Below the pieces are notes generated by a model, which saw nothing but the letters and a program-made list of their open reading frames with translations, was not told the DNA's origin and searched no databases. The translations under genes and the position numbers were made by a program. From Kineococcus radiotolerans SRS30216 = ATCC BAA-149 (lineage in GTDB: Bacteria; Actinomycetota; Actinomycetes; Actinomycetales; Kineococcaceae), in NCBI RefSeq assembly GCF_000017305.1, contig NC_009664.2, positions 750,001 through 782,000 of the forward strand: 32,000 bases of DNA, given 5' to 3'. Shown here in pieces: positions 9,294 to 19,050 of the stretch. Every line of letters begins with the position of its first letter. The first letter of the stretch is position 1.

Positions 9294-10291
9294 CCACCAC
9301 CACCCAGCTCGACACGACCCCGGCTCCCGCGGAGCGGCGGCGGTTCTCCCGGGAGTGGATCCTCGCCCAGCTCATCCGCCGCGCCATGCTCATCGTGATG
9401 CTGCTGGTCATCGCGTTCTTCAGCTACCGCAGCCTGCGGTTCTCCTCCCCGGAGAACCTGCAGAACATCCTCATCGCGGCGGCGCCGTTCGCGCTCATCG
9501 CCCTCGGCCAGACCCTGGTCATCCTCACCGGCGGCATCGACCTCTCGGTCGGGTCGGTCATCGCGGTCGCCGGGATGACCTCGGCCGCGGTGGCCAAGGC
9601 CAACCCCGGCCAGGTGTGGCTGACCGTGCTCTCCGCGATGGCGGTGGGCCTGCTGGCCGGCACCGTCAACGGCATCCTCGTCTCCAGGATCGACGTGCCC
9701 CCGTTCATCGCCACCCTGGGCATGCTCACCGCCGGTTCCGGCATCGCCTACGTCATCGGCGGCGGTGCCCCCATCAACGGCCTGCCCGCGGAGTTCGGCA
9801 GCATCGCCAACACCAAGGTCCTCGGCCTGCAGATCCCGGTCATCGTCATGATCGTCGGCATCGTGCTGCTGGGGATCGTCATGCGCCGCACGGCCTACGG
9901 CATGCGCGTCTACGCCGTCGGTGGCAACCGCGTCGCCGCCGAGATCGCCGGGGTCAACGCCCGGCGCACCCTGTTCAGCGTCTACGCCGTCAGCGGCCTG
10001 CTCGCCGGCCTGTCCGGGGTCATGCTCGCCTCGCGCGTCATCTCCGGTCCCCCCAACCTCGGCCAGGGCTACGAGCTCGACGCGATCGCCGCCGTCGTCA
10101 TCGGCGGCGCCAGCCTCATGGGCGGGCGCGGCACGGTCTGGGGCACGGCCCTGGGCCTGCTGCTCATCCAGACCCTCAACAACGGCCTCGACCTCCTGCT
10201 CGTCCCCGCCTACTGGCAGGACGTCATCAAGGGCGTCCTCATCGTCGCCGCCGTCGCGGTCGACGTGTGGTCGACCAGGCGCCGGGCCTGA
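9290..10291 (+). CDS. Sugar ABC transporter permease, RbsC-like
   Basis: 333 aa, polytopic and hydrophobic ([38 protein letters not shown]). An ATGA overlap with the upstream ATPase stop suggests translational coupling. Confidence 0.9.
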   Translation: MTTTTQLDTTPAPAERRRFSREWILAQLIRRAMLIVMLLVIAFFSYRSLRFSSPENLQNILIAAAPFALIALGQTLVILTGGIDLSVGSVIAVAGMTSAAVAKANPGQVWLTVLSAMAVGLLAGTVNGILVSRIDVPPFIATLGMLTAGSGIAYVIGGGAPINGLPAEFGSIANTKVLGLQIPVIVMIVGIVLLGIVMRRTAYGMRVYAVGGNRVAAEIAGVNARRTLFSVYAVSGLLAGLSGVMLASRVISGPPNLGQGYELDAIAAVVIGGASLMGGRGTVWGTALGLLLIQTLNNGLDLLLVPAYWQDVIKGVLIVAAVAVDVWSTRRRA

Positions 10292-10358
10292 CCGCTCCCC
10301 GACCCACCCGTTCCCGCTCCACCCCGTTCCCCCGCGACCTCGATCGAAGGAGACCACC

Positions 10359-11447
10359 GTGTCGCCGTCCACCCCCACCCCGCTGTCCCGCCGGACCCTG
10401 TTCAGCGGCGCCTTCGGCGTCGGCGCCCTGTCCCTGGCCCTGTCCGCCTGCGGCGCCGGGGACCCCAACGCCGACTCCGGCGGCAGCGGCTCGTCCGAGG
10501 GCCCGAAGAAGCTGCGCGTCGGCGTCAGCGTCTACGACATGAGCTCGTTCATCACCGCCGGCAAGGAGGGGATGGACGCCTACGCGGAGGCGAAGGGCAT
10601 CGAGCTGCTCTGGAACTCCGCGAACCTCGACGTCAACACCCAGGCCAGCCAGGTCGACCAGTACGTCAACGCCGGGGTCGACGCCATCATCGTCGTCCCC
10701 GTGCAGGCGGACTCCCTGCAGCCGCAGGTCGCCTCGGCCAAGGCCGCGGGGATCCCGCTGCTGGCCGTCAACGCCGAGCTGAACTCCACCGACATCGCCG
10801 GCAACGTCCAGCCCGACGACGTCGCGGCCGGCGAGGCGCAGATGCAGATGATGGCCGACGCCATCGGGGGCAAGGGCGGCATCGTGGTGCTGCAGGGCCC
10901 GCTGGGGCAGTCCGGGGAGCTCAACCGCACCAAGGGCATCGAGAACGTCCTGGCCAAGTACCCCGACATCGAGGTGCTGGCCAAGGACACCGCGAACTGG
11001 AAGCGCGACGAGGCCGTCAACAAGGTCAAGAACTGGATCTCCGCGTTCGGGGCCCGGATCACCGGGGTCGTGGCCGAGAACGACGACATGGGCCTCGGCG
11101 CGCTGCAGGCGCTCAAGGAGTCCGGCGTCACCCTCCCCGTGGTCGGCATCGACGGCATCGAGGACGGCCTCAACGCCGTCAAGAGCGGTGAGTTCATCGG
11201 GACGATGCTGCAGAACGGCACCGTGGAGCTCTCCGCGGGCCTGGCGGTGGCGGCGGCCATCGCCAACGGCGAGGACGTGAACACCGAGCCGGTCTACAAG
11301 ATGCCCAAGATCACCAAGGAGAACGTCGACATCGCCATCCAGCACGTCGTCACCGACCGGGCCGCGTTCCTGGAGCAGCTGCCGGAGATGACCGAGGAGA
11401 ACCTCGCCACCGGCGACATCGCGGCCGAGGGGATCACCGGGGCGTGA
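10359..11447 (+). CDS. Sugar/polyol ABC transporter substrate-binding lipoprotein, type I periplasmic-binding fold
   Basis: GTG start after GAAGGAGA. The N-terminus reads [34 protein letters not shown], a Tat-like SRRTLF followed by an LSAC lipobox. An RbsB-like body follows ([30 protein letters not shown]). Confidence 0.85.
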   Translation: MSPSTPTPLSRRTLFSGAFGVGALSLALSACGAGDPNADSGGSGSSEGPKKLRVGVSVYDMSSFITAGKEGMDAYAEAKGIELLWNSANLDVNTQASQVDQYVNAGVDAIIVVPVQADSLQPQVASAKAAGIPLLAVNAELNSTDIAGNVQPDDVAAGEAQMQMMADAIGGKGGIVVLQGPLGQSGELNRTKGIENVLAKYPDIEVLAKDTANWKRDEAVNKVKNWISAFGARITGVVAENDDMGLGALQALKESGVTLPVVGIDGIEDGLNAVKSGEFIGTMLQNGTVELSAGLAVAAAIANGEDVNTEPVYKMPKITKENVDIAIQHVVTDRAAFLEQLPEMTEENLATGDIAAEGITGA

Positions 11448-12151
11448 CCCCGCCGCGCGTCGCCCTGGTGACCGGGGGCGCCGGCGGCATCGGTGCGGCC
11501 GTCGTCGCCGCCCTCGAGGCCGAGGGCACCCGGGTCGCGGTCCTCGACCGCACCGAGACGTCGCTGGGCGAGCTGCAGGTCGGCGCGGACACGACCGACC
11601 CCGCCCAGGTGCGGGCGGCGGTCGACGAGGTCGTGGCTCGCGCCGGGCGGCTCGACGTCCTGGTGAACTGCGCCGGGGTGGCCACCATCGCCCCGGCGCT
11701 GGAGATCGACCTGGCCGGGTGGGAACGCACCGTCGCGGTCAACCTGACCGGGGCGTTCGTGGTCGCGCAGACCGTGGCCCGCCACCTCGCCGCCCACGGC
11801 GGCGGGCGGATCGTGACCATCGCCTCCCAGGCCGCCACCGTCGGGCTGGCGGGCCACGTGGCCTACGCGGCGTCCAAGGCGGGGCTGCTGGGGATGACCC
11901 GCACCCTCGCCCTGGAGTGGGGACCGCTGGGGATCACGGTGAACACCGTCTCCCCCACCGTCGTGCTCACCCCGCTGGCCCGGCCGAACTGGGAGAACCC
12001 GGCCGGGGAGGCGCTGCGGGCGCAGATCCCGGTCGGCCGGTTCGCCGAACCGGAGGAGGTGGCCGCGGCCGTCGTGTTCCTCACCGGTCCCGGGGCGGCC
12101 ATGGTCAACGGGCACGACCTGGTCGTCGACGGCGGGTACACCGTCCGCTGA
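11444..12151 (+). CDS. SDR-family oxidoreductase, second DCXR/DthD-like paralogue
   Basis: 235 aa with [18 protein letters not shown] and [13 protein letters not shown], ending [16 protein letters not shown] start/stop overlap links it to the binding-protein gene. Confidence 0.85.
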   Translation: MTPPRVALVTGGAGGIGAAVVAALEAEGTRVAVLDRTETSLGELQVGADTTDPAQVRAAVDEVVARAGRLDVLVNCAGVATIAPALEIDLAGWERTVAVNLTGAFVVAQTVARHLAAHGGGRIVTIASQAATVGLAGHVAYAASKAGLLGMTRTLALEWGPLGITVNTVSPTVVLTPLARPNWENPAGEALRAQIPVGRFAEPEEVAAAVVFLTGPGAAMVNGHDLVVDGGYTVR

Positions 12152-12240
12152 CCCTCCCCCGCCCGGCCCGGGCCCGGGCGGGCACCCTTGTCCCCGCAGC
12201 ACCCGAACACCCGCCGCCACGGCAGCTAGGAGAGTCGCAG

Positions 12241-13296
12241 ATGACCACCACCGCCCAGGGTCCGATCCCCACGAGCATGCGGGCCAGCGTCCTGCTGGAG
12301 CAGGGGGTGATCGAGATGCAGGAACGGCCGGTGCCGACGCCCGGTGACGGGGAGGTGCTGGTCCGGGTCGGCTCGGTCGGCGTGTGCGGGTCGGACGTGC
12401 ACTACTACAAGCACGGACGGATCGGCGACATGGTCGTCACCGCCCCCATCGTCCTGGGCCACGAGGTGTCCGGCACCGTCGTCGGCGTCGGGCGCGGGGT
12501 GAGCGAGGACCGCGTGGGCGACCGCGTCGCGCTCGACCCGCAGGTGCCCTGCCGGCAGTGCCGGCAGTGCAAGACCGGGCGGTCGAACCTGTGCCCGTTC
12601 ATGGAGTTCTACGCGACCCCGCCCTTCGACGGGACGTTCTGCGACTACGTGACCGCGCCCGCGGACCAGGCGTTCACGGTGCCGGACAGCCTGTCCGACG
12701 AGTCCGCGGCGCTGCTGGAACCGCTGAGCGTCGGCCTGTGGGCCGCGCACAAGGCCGACGTCGGCCCCGGGGACCAGGTCCTCATCGCCGGCGCCGGCCC
12801 GATCGGGGCGATGTGCGCGCAGGCCGTCCGCGCCCGCGGGGTCACCGACGTCGTCGTCACCGACTTCGTCGACTCCCGCCGCGAGCGCATCACCTCCTTC
12901 GGGGCGAGCCGCTCGCTGCACCCGGTGGCCGACGCCGCCGAGATCGCGGAGATCCGCGCCGACGCGTTCATCGACTGCTCGGGGGCGACCCCGGCGGTGG
13001 TCTCCGGCATCCGCAGCACCCGCGGCGGCGGGACCGTCGTCCTCGTGGGGCTGGGCGCGGAGGAGATGCCGCTGCCGGTGCAGCTCATCGCCACCCGCGA
13101 GATCAACGTCACCGGGGTGTTCCGCTACGTCGACACCTGGCCCCGGGGCATCGCGCTGACCACCTCCGGCGCCGTCCACCTCGACGACATGGTGACGGCC
13201 CGGTACCCGCTGGAGCAGGTGGAGGACGCGCTGAACGCGGACTCCGACCCGCTGAGCATGAAGGCCGTCGTCGTCGTGAACCCGTCCCAGGACTGA
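12241..13296 (+). CDS. Zn-dependent medium-chain dehydrogenase, sorbitol/xylitol/L-iditol or erythritol-threitol dehydrogenase-like
   Basis: 351 aa with GVCGSDVHYY, GHEVSGTV, the structural-Zn Cys cluster CRQCRQCKTGRSNLC and GAGPIG. The ATG follows TAGGAGAG. The ORF-track start 11719 is an artefact. Confidence 0.9.
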   Translation: MTTTAQGPIPTSMRASVLLEQGVIEMQERPVPTPGDGEVLVRVGSVGVCGSDVHYYKHGRIGDMVVTAPIVLGHEVSGTVVGVGRGVSEDRVGDRVALDPQVPCRQCRQCKTGRSNLCPFMEFYATPPFDGTFCDYVTAPADQAFTVPDSLSDESAALLEPLSVGLWAAHKADVGPGDQVLIAGAGPIGAMCAQAVRARGVTDVVVTDFVDSRRERITSFGASRSLHPVADAAEIAEIRADAFIDCSGATPAVVSGIRSTRGGGTVVLVGLGAEEMPLPVQLIATREINVTGVFRYVDTWPRGIALTTSGAVHLDDMVTARYPLEQVEDALNADSDPLSMKAVVVVNPSQD

Positions 13297-13307
13297 GGAG
13301 CAGACCC

Positions 13308-14078
13308 GTGAGCGTGCTGGACAAGTTCTCCCTGCAGGGCAAGGTCGCCCTCGTCACCGGCGGCTACAAGGGGCTGGGGCGCGGTTTCGCCCAGGCCCTG
13401 GCCGAGGCCGGCGCCGACGTCGTCGTCGCCGCCCGCGACGAGGCCGCGTCGGTGGCGGCGGCGGCGGAGATCGCCGCCTCGACCGGGCGCCGGACCCTGG
13501 GCCTGCGCCTGGACGTCACCTCCCGGCCGGAGGTGGAGGCCGCCGTGGCCCGCGTCACCGCCGAGCTCGGCCGCTTCGACGTGCTCGTCAACAACGCCGG
13601 GACCTGCGTGCACCGCCCCGCGCTGGAGGTGACCGACGAGGAGTACGACGACGTCATCACCACCAACCTCAAGGGGGTCTGGCTGCCCAGCGTCGTCACC
13701 GCGGCGTGGATGGCCGAGCACGGCGGCGGGTCGATCGTCAACGTGGGGTCCATCAGCGCCCAGATCGTCAACCGCCCCCAGATGCAGCCGGTGTACAACG
13801 CCTCCAAGGCCGCGGTGCACCAGCTGACGAAGTCGCTGGCCGCGGAGTGGGCCCCGCTGGGGATCCGGGTCAACGCGATCGCCCCGGGGTACGTCAAGAC
13901 CGAGATGGCGCCCGTGGACCGGCCGGAGTTCCGCCGGATGTGGATCGAGGACGCCCCCATGCAGCGCTACTCCTCCCCCGAGGAGATCGCCGCCACGGTC
14001 GTCTACCTGGCCTCCGACGCGTCGAGCTTCTCCACGGGCGCGGTCGTGGTCACCGACGGCGGTTACACGCTCTTCTGA
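13308..14078 (+). CDS. SDR-family oxidoreductase, Sou1/mannitol-sorbose reductase-like
   Basis: 256 aa with TGGYKGLGRGFA, NRPQMQPVYNASKAAVHQLTKSLAAEWAP and AVVVTDGGYTLF. The GTG follows a GAGGAG Shine-Dalgarno, 11 nt after the upstream stop. Confidence 0.85.
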   Translation: MSVLDKFSLQGKVALVTGGYKGLGRGFAQALAEAGADVVVAARDEAASVAAAAEIAASTGRRTLGLRLDVTSRPEVEAAVARVTAELGRFDVLVNNAGTCVHRPALEVTDEEYDDVITTNLKGVWLPSVVTAAWMAEHGGGSIVNVGSISAQIVNRPQMQPVYNASKAAVHQLTKSLAAEWAPLGIRVNAIAPGYVKTEMAPVDRPEFRRMWIEDAPMQRYSSPEEIAATVVYLASDASSFSTGAVVVTDGGYTLF

Positions 14079-14090
14079 GCCCCGGCACCG

Positions 14091-16136
14091 GTGCGACAGA
14101 CTGCCCCGGTGCTGCGACCCCGTCCCCCCGCCCTCGCCGCCCTCGTCCTGGCCGGAGCGCTGGTCGGCCTCGCCCCCGCGGCGAGCGCCGTGCCGCCGTT
14201 CCGGCTGGCCGAGCAGGTCACCGACCAGGTGGGGGCCCTGGCGGGGCAGGAGCAGCGCGTCACCGACGCCGCGGCGGCGCTGCGCTCGGGCACCGGGGTG
14301 CAGCTGTGGGTCGTCTACGTGGACTCCTTCGACGGGTCCGACGGGCAGACCTGGGCGGACCGGACCGCGGTCACCTCCGGCCTCGGCGCCGACGACGTGC
14401 TCCTCGCGGTCGCGACGGGCGACCGGGCCTACGCCTACTCCGTCGACGAGGGCTTCCGCCTGGACGATGGCCAGGTCCAGGAGGTCGCCCGCGACACCGA
14501 GGCCGAGCTCGCCGACGACGACTGGGCGGGGGCGGCGGTCGCGGGGGCGGAGTCCCTCGACGAGGAGCTGACCGGCACGTCCGGGGCGTCGTCCGCGGCG
14601 TCCGGGTCGTCGGCGGGGTTGTGGTGGGCCGTGGGGGGCCTGGCGCTGGCGGGGTTCGTCGTCATCGCGCTCGTCGCGCTGGTGCGGCGGCACCGCTCGC
14701 GGCCGGAGGCCACCGGGCCCACCCCGGAGTTCGCGGGCACCCCGACCGAGGCGCTGCGCACGCAGGCGGACACGCTGCTCGTCCAGGCCGACGACGCCGT
14801 GCGCTCAGCCGCGCAGGAGCTGCAGTTCGCCGCGGCGGAGTTCGGCACCGCGGCCACCGCGGAGTTCTCCGGGGTGCTGGAGCGGGCCCGGGCGGCGCTG
14901 ACGCAGGCGTTCACGGCGCGCCAGTCGCTGGAGGACGAGGTGCCCGAGACCGAGGAGCAGCGCCGCCGAGTGCTCGCCGAGGTGATCGCCTCGTGCCGGT
15001 CGACGGGGGCCACCCTGGCGGAGGCGTCGGAGGCGGTCGACGCGCTGCGCGACCTCGTCGGGCGCGCCCCCGGGGTGCTGGACGCGCTGGAGGCGCGCCT
15101 GCCCGCGCTGCGGGCGCGGGTGGAGCCCGCGCGGGAGCAGCTGTCCCGGCTGGCCGGGGAGTTCGGCGAGCCCGCGCTGGCCTCGGTGGCGGACGCGGTG
15201 GCGCAGGCCCGGGACCGCCTCGGGGTGGCCGAGGACGCCTGCGCGCGCGCCCGGGCGGCCCTGGCCGACGCCAGCCGCTCCGGCGAGGTCGTCGACGCCG
15301 TGCGGGTCGCGGAGGCGGCGACGGCGCAGGCGGAGCAGCTGCTGGCCGGGGTGGGGCGCACCGAGGAGGACCTGCGGCGGGCGGTGCAGGAGGTGCCCGT
15401 CGCGCTCGCCCGGCTGCGGGCGGACGCGCGGACCCCCGTGGAGGCGCCGACGGGGGTGTCGACGGCGGGGTTCGCCTCGGCGGCCGCCGCGGCGCTGGCC
15501 GTGGCCGAGGCGAGCGCTGCGCAGGCCGGGAGCGACCCGCTGGGCGCCCTGCACCGGCTGGTCGAGGCGGAACGGGCCCTGGACGACGCGCGGGGGGCCG
15601 TCGAGGCGGCGGCGGGCGCGCGCCGGTCGGCCGAGGCGGCGCTGGAGCAGGCGCTGGTCGCGGCCCGCGCGGAGGTCGCCGCGGCCGACGACTTCGTCTC
15701 GGCCCGCCGCGGGGCGGTGGGCCCGCAGGCGCGCACCCACCTCGGCGAGGCCCAGCGCCACCTCGAGCGGGCGGTGGCCCTCGCCGGCGCGGACCCGGCC
15801 GCCGCGCTCGAGCACGCCCGCCAGGCCGATGCGCTGGCCGAGCGGGCGAGCTCCCGCGCGCACGCCGACGTGAGCTCCTGGTCAAGCGGTGCCGCGGGCC
15901 CCTCGGGGGACCTGGGTGCGGTGCTGGGCGGGATCCTGCTGGGCGGCGGACCGCAGCGGTCGCGCGGCGGGTTCGGCGGGTTCGGTGGCGGAGGGTTCAG
16001 CGGCGGGTTCGGCGGCGGGTTCGGCGGGCCCGGCCGGGGCGGTTACGGCGGGCGCCCGTCCGGAGGGGGGCGGCGCTCCCCGGGCGGGTCGGGCCGTCCC
16101 TCCGGCGGGCGCCGGGGGGCCGGCGGGCGGTTCTGA
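14091..16136 (+). CDS. TPM-domain (TLP18.3/Psb32/MOLO-1-like) membrane protein with a long Ala/Glu/Arg-rich helical cytoplasmic region and a Gly/Arg-rich tail
   Basis: Signal peptide ending AASA. A TPM-like domain follows ([34 protein letters not shown]), then one TM helix ([22 protein letters not shown]). Next come about 420 aa predicted to be helical, then [56 protein letters not shown]. No obvious Shine-Dalgarno. An alternative GTG lies at 14109. Confidence 0.7.
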   Translation: MRQTAPVLRPRPPALAALVLAGALVGLAPAASAVPPFRLAEQVTDQVGALAGQEQRVTDAAAALRSGTGVQLWVVYVDSFDGSDGQTWADRTAVTSGLGADDVLLAVATGDRAYAYSVDEGFRLDDGQVQEVARDTEAELADDDWAGAAVAGAESLDEELTGTSGASSAASGSSAGLWWAVGGLALAGFVVIALVALVRRHRSRPEATGPTPEFAGTPTEALRTQADTLLVQADDAVRSAAQELQFAAAEFGTAATAEFSGVLERARAALTQAFTARQSLEDEVPETEEQRRRVLAEVIASCRSTGATLAEASEAVDALRDLVGRAPGVLDALEARLPALRARVEPAREQLSRLAGEFGEPALASVADAVAQARDRLGVAEDACARARAALADASRSGEVVDAVRVAEAATAQAEQLLAGVGRTEEDLRRAVQEVPVALARLRADARTPVEAPTGVSTAGFASAAAAALAVAEASAAQAGSDPLGALHRLVEAERALDDARGAVEAAAGARRSAEAALEQALVAARAEVAAADDFVSARRGAVGPQARTHLGEAQRHLERAVALAGADPAAALEHARQADALAERASSRAHADVSSWSSGAAGPSGDLGAVLGGILLGGGPQRSRGGFGGFGGGGFSGGFGGGFGGPGRGGYGGRPSGGGRRSPGGSGRPSGGRRGAGGRF

Positions 16137-16194
16137 AGGGCTGCCCGCCCGGAGACGGCCTAAGCTGGCGCCCCGCGCCGCGAGAGGACGACTG

Positions 16195-18138
16195 GTGACC
16201 CTGCTCGAATCCATCCGGTCCCCCCAGGACCTCAAGCGCCTCTCCCCCGCCCAGACGGTGGAGCTCGCCGCCGAGATCCGCCGCTTCCTCGTCGCCGAGG
16301 TCGCCAAGACGGGGGGGCACCTGGGCCCCAACCTCGGGGTCGTGGAGCTGACGCTGGCCCTGCACCGGGTCTTCGACTCCCCCAAGGACCCCATCGTCTT
16401 CGACACCGGTCACCAGTCCTACGTGCACAAGCTGGTCACCGGCCGTCAGGACTTCTCCCACCTGCGCGAACGGGGCGGTCTGGCCGGCTACCCCCAGCGC
16501 AGCGAGTCCGAGCACGACATCGTCGAGTCCTCCCACGCCTCGTCGTCGCTGTCCTGGGCCGACGGCATCTCCCGCGGGTTCCAGCTCAACGGGCAGGCCC
16601 ACCGCACCGTCGTGGCCGTCGTCGGCGACGGCGCGCTGACCGGGGGCATGACGTGGGAGGCCCTCAACAACATGTCCCACGACAACGACCGCCGGCTGGT
16701 CATCGTCGTCAACGACAACGGGCGCTCCTACGAGGCCACGATCGGCGGGATGGCCCGGTTCCTCAGCTCCGTGCGCACCCGCCGCGAGTACCGCACGCTG
16801 CACGAGAAGAGCCAGGCCGTGGCCGACCGCTTCGGGGCCCCGGGGCGCGCGGTCTACCGCGGGCTGCGCGGGGGGACCCGGGGGTTCCTGGCCCGGTTCA
16901 CCGGCAACGAGGCGCTCTACTCCAACCTCGACATCAAGTACGTCGGCCCCGTCGACGGGCACGACCAGCAGGCGCTGGAGGAGGCGCTGCGGCAGGCCCG
17001 GGACTACGGGACCCCCGTCATCGTCCACGCCATCACCGAGAAGGGCCACGGCTTCGAGCCGGCCCTGCGCGACCAGGCCGACCAGTTCCACGCCGTGGGC
17101 CGGATCGACCCCACCACCGGGGAGTCCCTGGACACCGCCGCGGGGCAGGGGTGGACCTCGGTGTTCGCCGAGGAGATCGCCGACCTCGGCGACCGGGACC
17201 CCAAGCTCGTCGCCATCACCGCGGCGATGCTGCGGCCCACGGGGCTGCACCTGTTCCAGCAGCGCCACCCCGACCGGGTCTACGACGTGGGCATCGCCGA
17301 GCAGCACGCGGTGACCAGCGCGGCCGGTCTCGCCTACGCCGGCCTGCACCCCGTCGTGGCCGTCTACGCGACGTTCGTCAACCGCGCCTTCGACCAGGTG
17401 CTCATGGACGTGGCCCTGCACCGGGCCGGGGTGACGTTCGTGCTCGACCGCGCCGGGGTCACCGGCCCCGACGGGCCCAGCCACCACGGCATGTGGGACC
17501 TGGCCCTCCTCCAGGTCGTCCCCGGCATCCGCATCGCCGCGCCCCGCGACGCCGCGACCCTGCGCGAGGAGCTCGCCGAGGCCGTCGCGGTCGACGACGC
17601 CCCCACCGTGCTGCGCTGGCCCCGGGGGTCCGTGGGGCCGGCGATCCCCGCCGTGGAGCGCCGCCCCGACGGGGTGGACGTCCTGCGCGAGGCCGCCGGC
17701 GGCTCCCGCGACGTCCTGCTCGTCGCCGTGGGGGCCATGGCCGGGACGGCCCTGGAGGCCGCGGCGCTGCTGGAGTCCCAGGGCATCGGCACCACCGTGG
17801 TCGACCCGCGCTGGGTCGTGCCCATCGCGCCGTCGCTGGTGGAGCTCTCCCGCGAGCACCGGCTGGTCGTCACCATCGAGGACGGGGTGCGGGTGGGGGG
17901 CATCGGCACCCGGCTGCGCCAGGACCTGCGCGCGGCCGACGTCGACACCGGGGTCACCGAGCTCGGGCTGCCCGACCGCTTCCTGGAGCACGCCTCGCGC
18001 GCGGAGGTCCTGCAGGACGCCGGGCTCACGGCGCGGGCCATCGCACGCGACGTCATCGACCAGGTCATCGGGACGAAGCTGCCCCAGGCCCGTCCGGTGC
18101 GCGAGCACTCCTCCCTCTGGGACGGCCTCGACCACTGA
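16195..18138 (+). CDS. dxs: 1-deoxy-D-xylulose-5-phosphate synthase
   Basis: 647 aa with [61 protein letters not shown] and [12 protein letters not shown]. The GTG follows GAGAGGA. The ORF-track start 15889 overlaps the previous gene and was rejected. Confidence 0.93.
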   Translation: MTLLESIRSPQDLKRLSPAQTVELAAEIRRFLVAEVAKTGGHLGPNLGVVELTLALHRVFDSPKDPIVFDTGHQSYVHKLVTGRQDFSHLRERGGLAGYPQRSESEHDIVESSHASSSLSWADGISRGFQLNGQAHRTVVAVVGDGALTGGMTWEALNNMSHDNDRRLVIVVNDNGRSYEATIGGMARFLSSVRTRREYRTLHEKSQAVADRFGAPGRAVYRGLRGGTRGFLARFTGNEALYSNLDIKYVGPVDGHDQQALEEALRQARDYGTPVIVHAITEKGHGFEPALRDQADQFHAVGRIDPTTGESLDTAAGQGWTSVFAEEIADLGDRDPKLVAITAAMLRPTGLHLFQQRHPDRVYDVGIAEQHAVTSAAGLAYAGLHPVVAVYATFVNRAFDQVLMDVALHRAGVTFVLDRAGVTGPDGPSHHGMWDLALLQVVPGIRIAAPRDAATLREELAEAVAVDDAPTVLRWPRGSVGPAIPAVERRPDGVDVLREAAGGSRDVLLVAVGAMAGTALEAAALLESQGIGTTVVDPRWVVPIAPSLVELSREHRLVVTIEDGVRVGGIGTRLRQDLRAADVDTGVTELGLPDRFLEHASRAEVLQDAGLTARAIARDVIDQVIGTKLPQARPVREHSSLWDGLDH

Positions 18139-18153
18139 CGCGCGGACCCCGGC

Positions 18154-18179
18154 CCCGCGGCGCGGCCGGGCGCCGCGGG
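18154..18179 (+). terminator. GC-rich hairpin after dxs; terminator-like but lacks a U tract
   Basis: CCCGCGGCGC ggccgg GCGCCGCGGG, a perfect 10-bp stem starting 16 nt after the dxs stop. Confidence 0.4.
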
Positions 18180-18223
18180 TGCGGCAGGATCAGCAGGACA
18201 GCGGACCCAGGTGGAGGAACACG

Positions 18224-18940
18224 GTGGCGGAGAAGCAGACGGTCCTCGGACGCATCGCGCAGTTGGCCCGCGCCAACGTCAACGCGCTGATCGACGCGGC
18301 CGAGGACCCGCAGAAGATGCTCGACCAGATGGTCCGCGACTACACGGGCAACATCGCCGAGGCCGAGGCGGCCATCGCGCAGACCATCGGCAACCTGCGC
18401 CTGGCCGAGGCCGACCGCGACGACGACGTGGCCGCGGTGGGCGAGTGGGGCCGCAAGGCGGCGGCGGCCTCGGCCAAGGCCGACGCGCTGCGCGCGGCGG
18501 GGCAGACCGCCGAGGCCGACCGCTTCGACGAGCTCGCCAAGCTGGCCCTCAAGCGCCAGATCTCCTTCGAGCAGGAGGTCAGCGCGGCCGCACCGCAGAT
18601 CGCGGCGCAGACCGAGGTCGTCGCCAAGCTCAAGAGCGGCCTGACCGCGATGAAGGAGCGGCTCGTCGAGCTGCGGACCAAGCGCGACCAGCTCGTCGCG
18701 CGCGCCGCCGCCGCGCAGGCGCAGGCCCAGGTGCAGTCGGCGATCGGGTCGATCAACGTCCTCGACCCGACCTCGGAGCTGGCCCGCTTCGAGGAGCGGG
18801 TGCGCCGCGAGGAGGCCCGGGTCGCCGGGCAGGCGGAGCTGCAGGCGGACTCCCTCGACGCGCAGTTCGCCTCGCTGGACGACGCCGCCGACGACCTCGA
18901 CGTCGAGGCCCGGTTGGCGGCGCTGAAGTCCGGTTCCTGA
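18224..18940 (+). CDS. pspA: PspA/IM30 (phage-shock protein A / Vipp1) family protein
   Basis: 238 aa with the family N-terminus AEKQTVLGRIAQLARANVNALIDAAEDPQKMLDQMVRDY, then heptad-like helices. The GTG follows a GGAGGAA Shine-Dalgarno. The ORF-track start 18179 was trimmed. Confidence 0.85.
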   Translation: MAEKQTVLGRIAQLARANVNALIDAAEDPQKMLDQMVRDYTGNIAEAEAAIAQTIGNLRLAEADRDDDVAAVGEWGRKAAAASAKADALRAAGQTAEADRFDELAKLALKRQISFEQEVSAAAPQIAAQTEVVAKLKSGLTAMKERLVELRTKRDQLVARAAAAQAQAQVQSAIGSINVLDPTSELARFEERVRREEARVAGQAELQADSLDAQFASLDDAADDLDVEARLAALKSGS

Positions 18941-19050
18941 CCGGCCCCGACCCGCCGGGGCCCGAGGCCCGTCGCGGTCGCGGGCCGCGGCGGGTGGGCG
19001 GGCGCCCTCCCGCCGCCGGGCGGGTGGGCGCGACGGCAGGATGAGCCCCG

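Noticed and set aside
13125-15885. Minus-strand ORFs 13125..14693, 14435..15736, 14805..15863 and 14911..15885 opposite the last SDR and the TPM gene
   Set aside because: They are antisense to frames with clear SDR and TPM features. They are extreme Arg/Pro/Ala/Ser low-complexity sequence, and there is no independent start or Shine-Dalgarno context.
18941-19050. Possible small RNA or small ORF in the pspA-acyltransferase gap (ORF 19041..20405 in another frame)
   Set aside because: I saw only short GC hairpins and one duplicated 12-mer. The 19041 ORF is off-frame to the hydrophobic acyltransferase frame. There is not enough evidence for an RNA gene.
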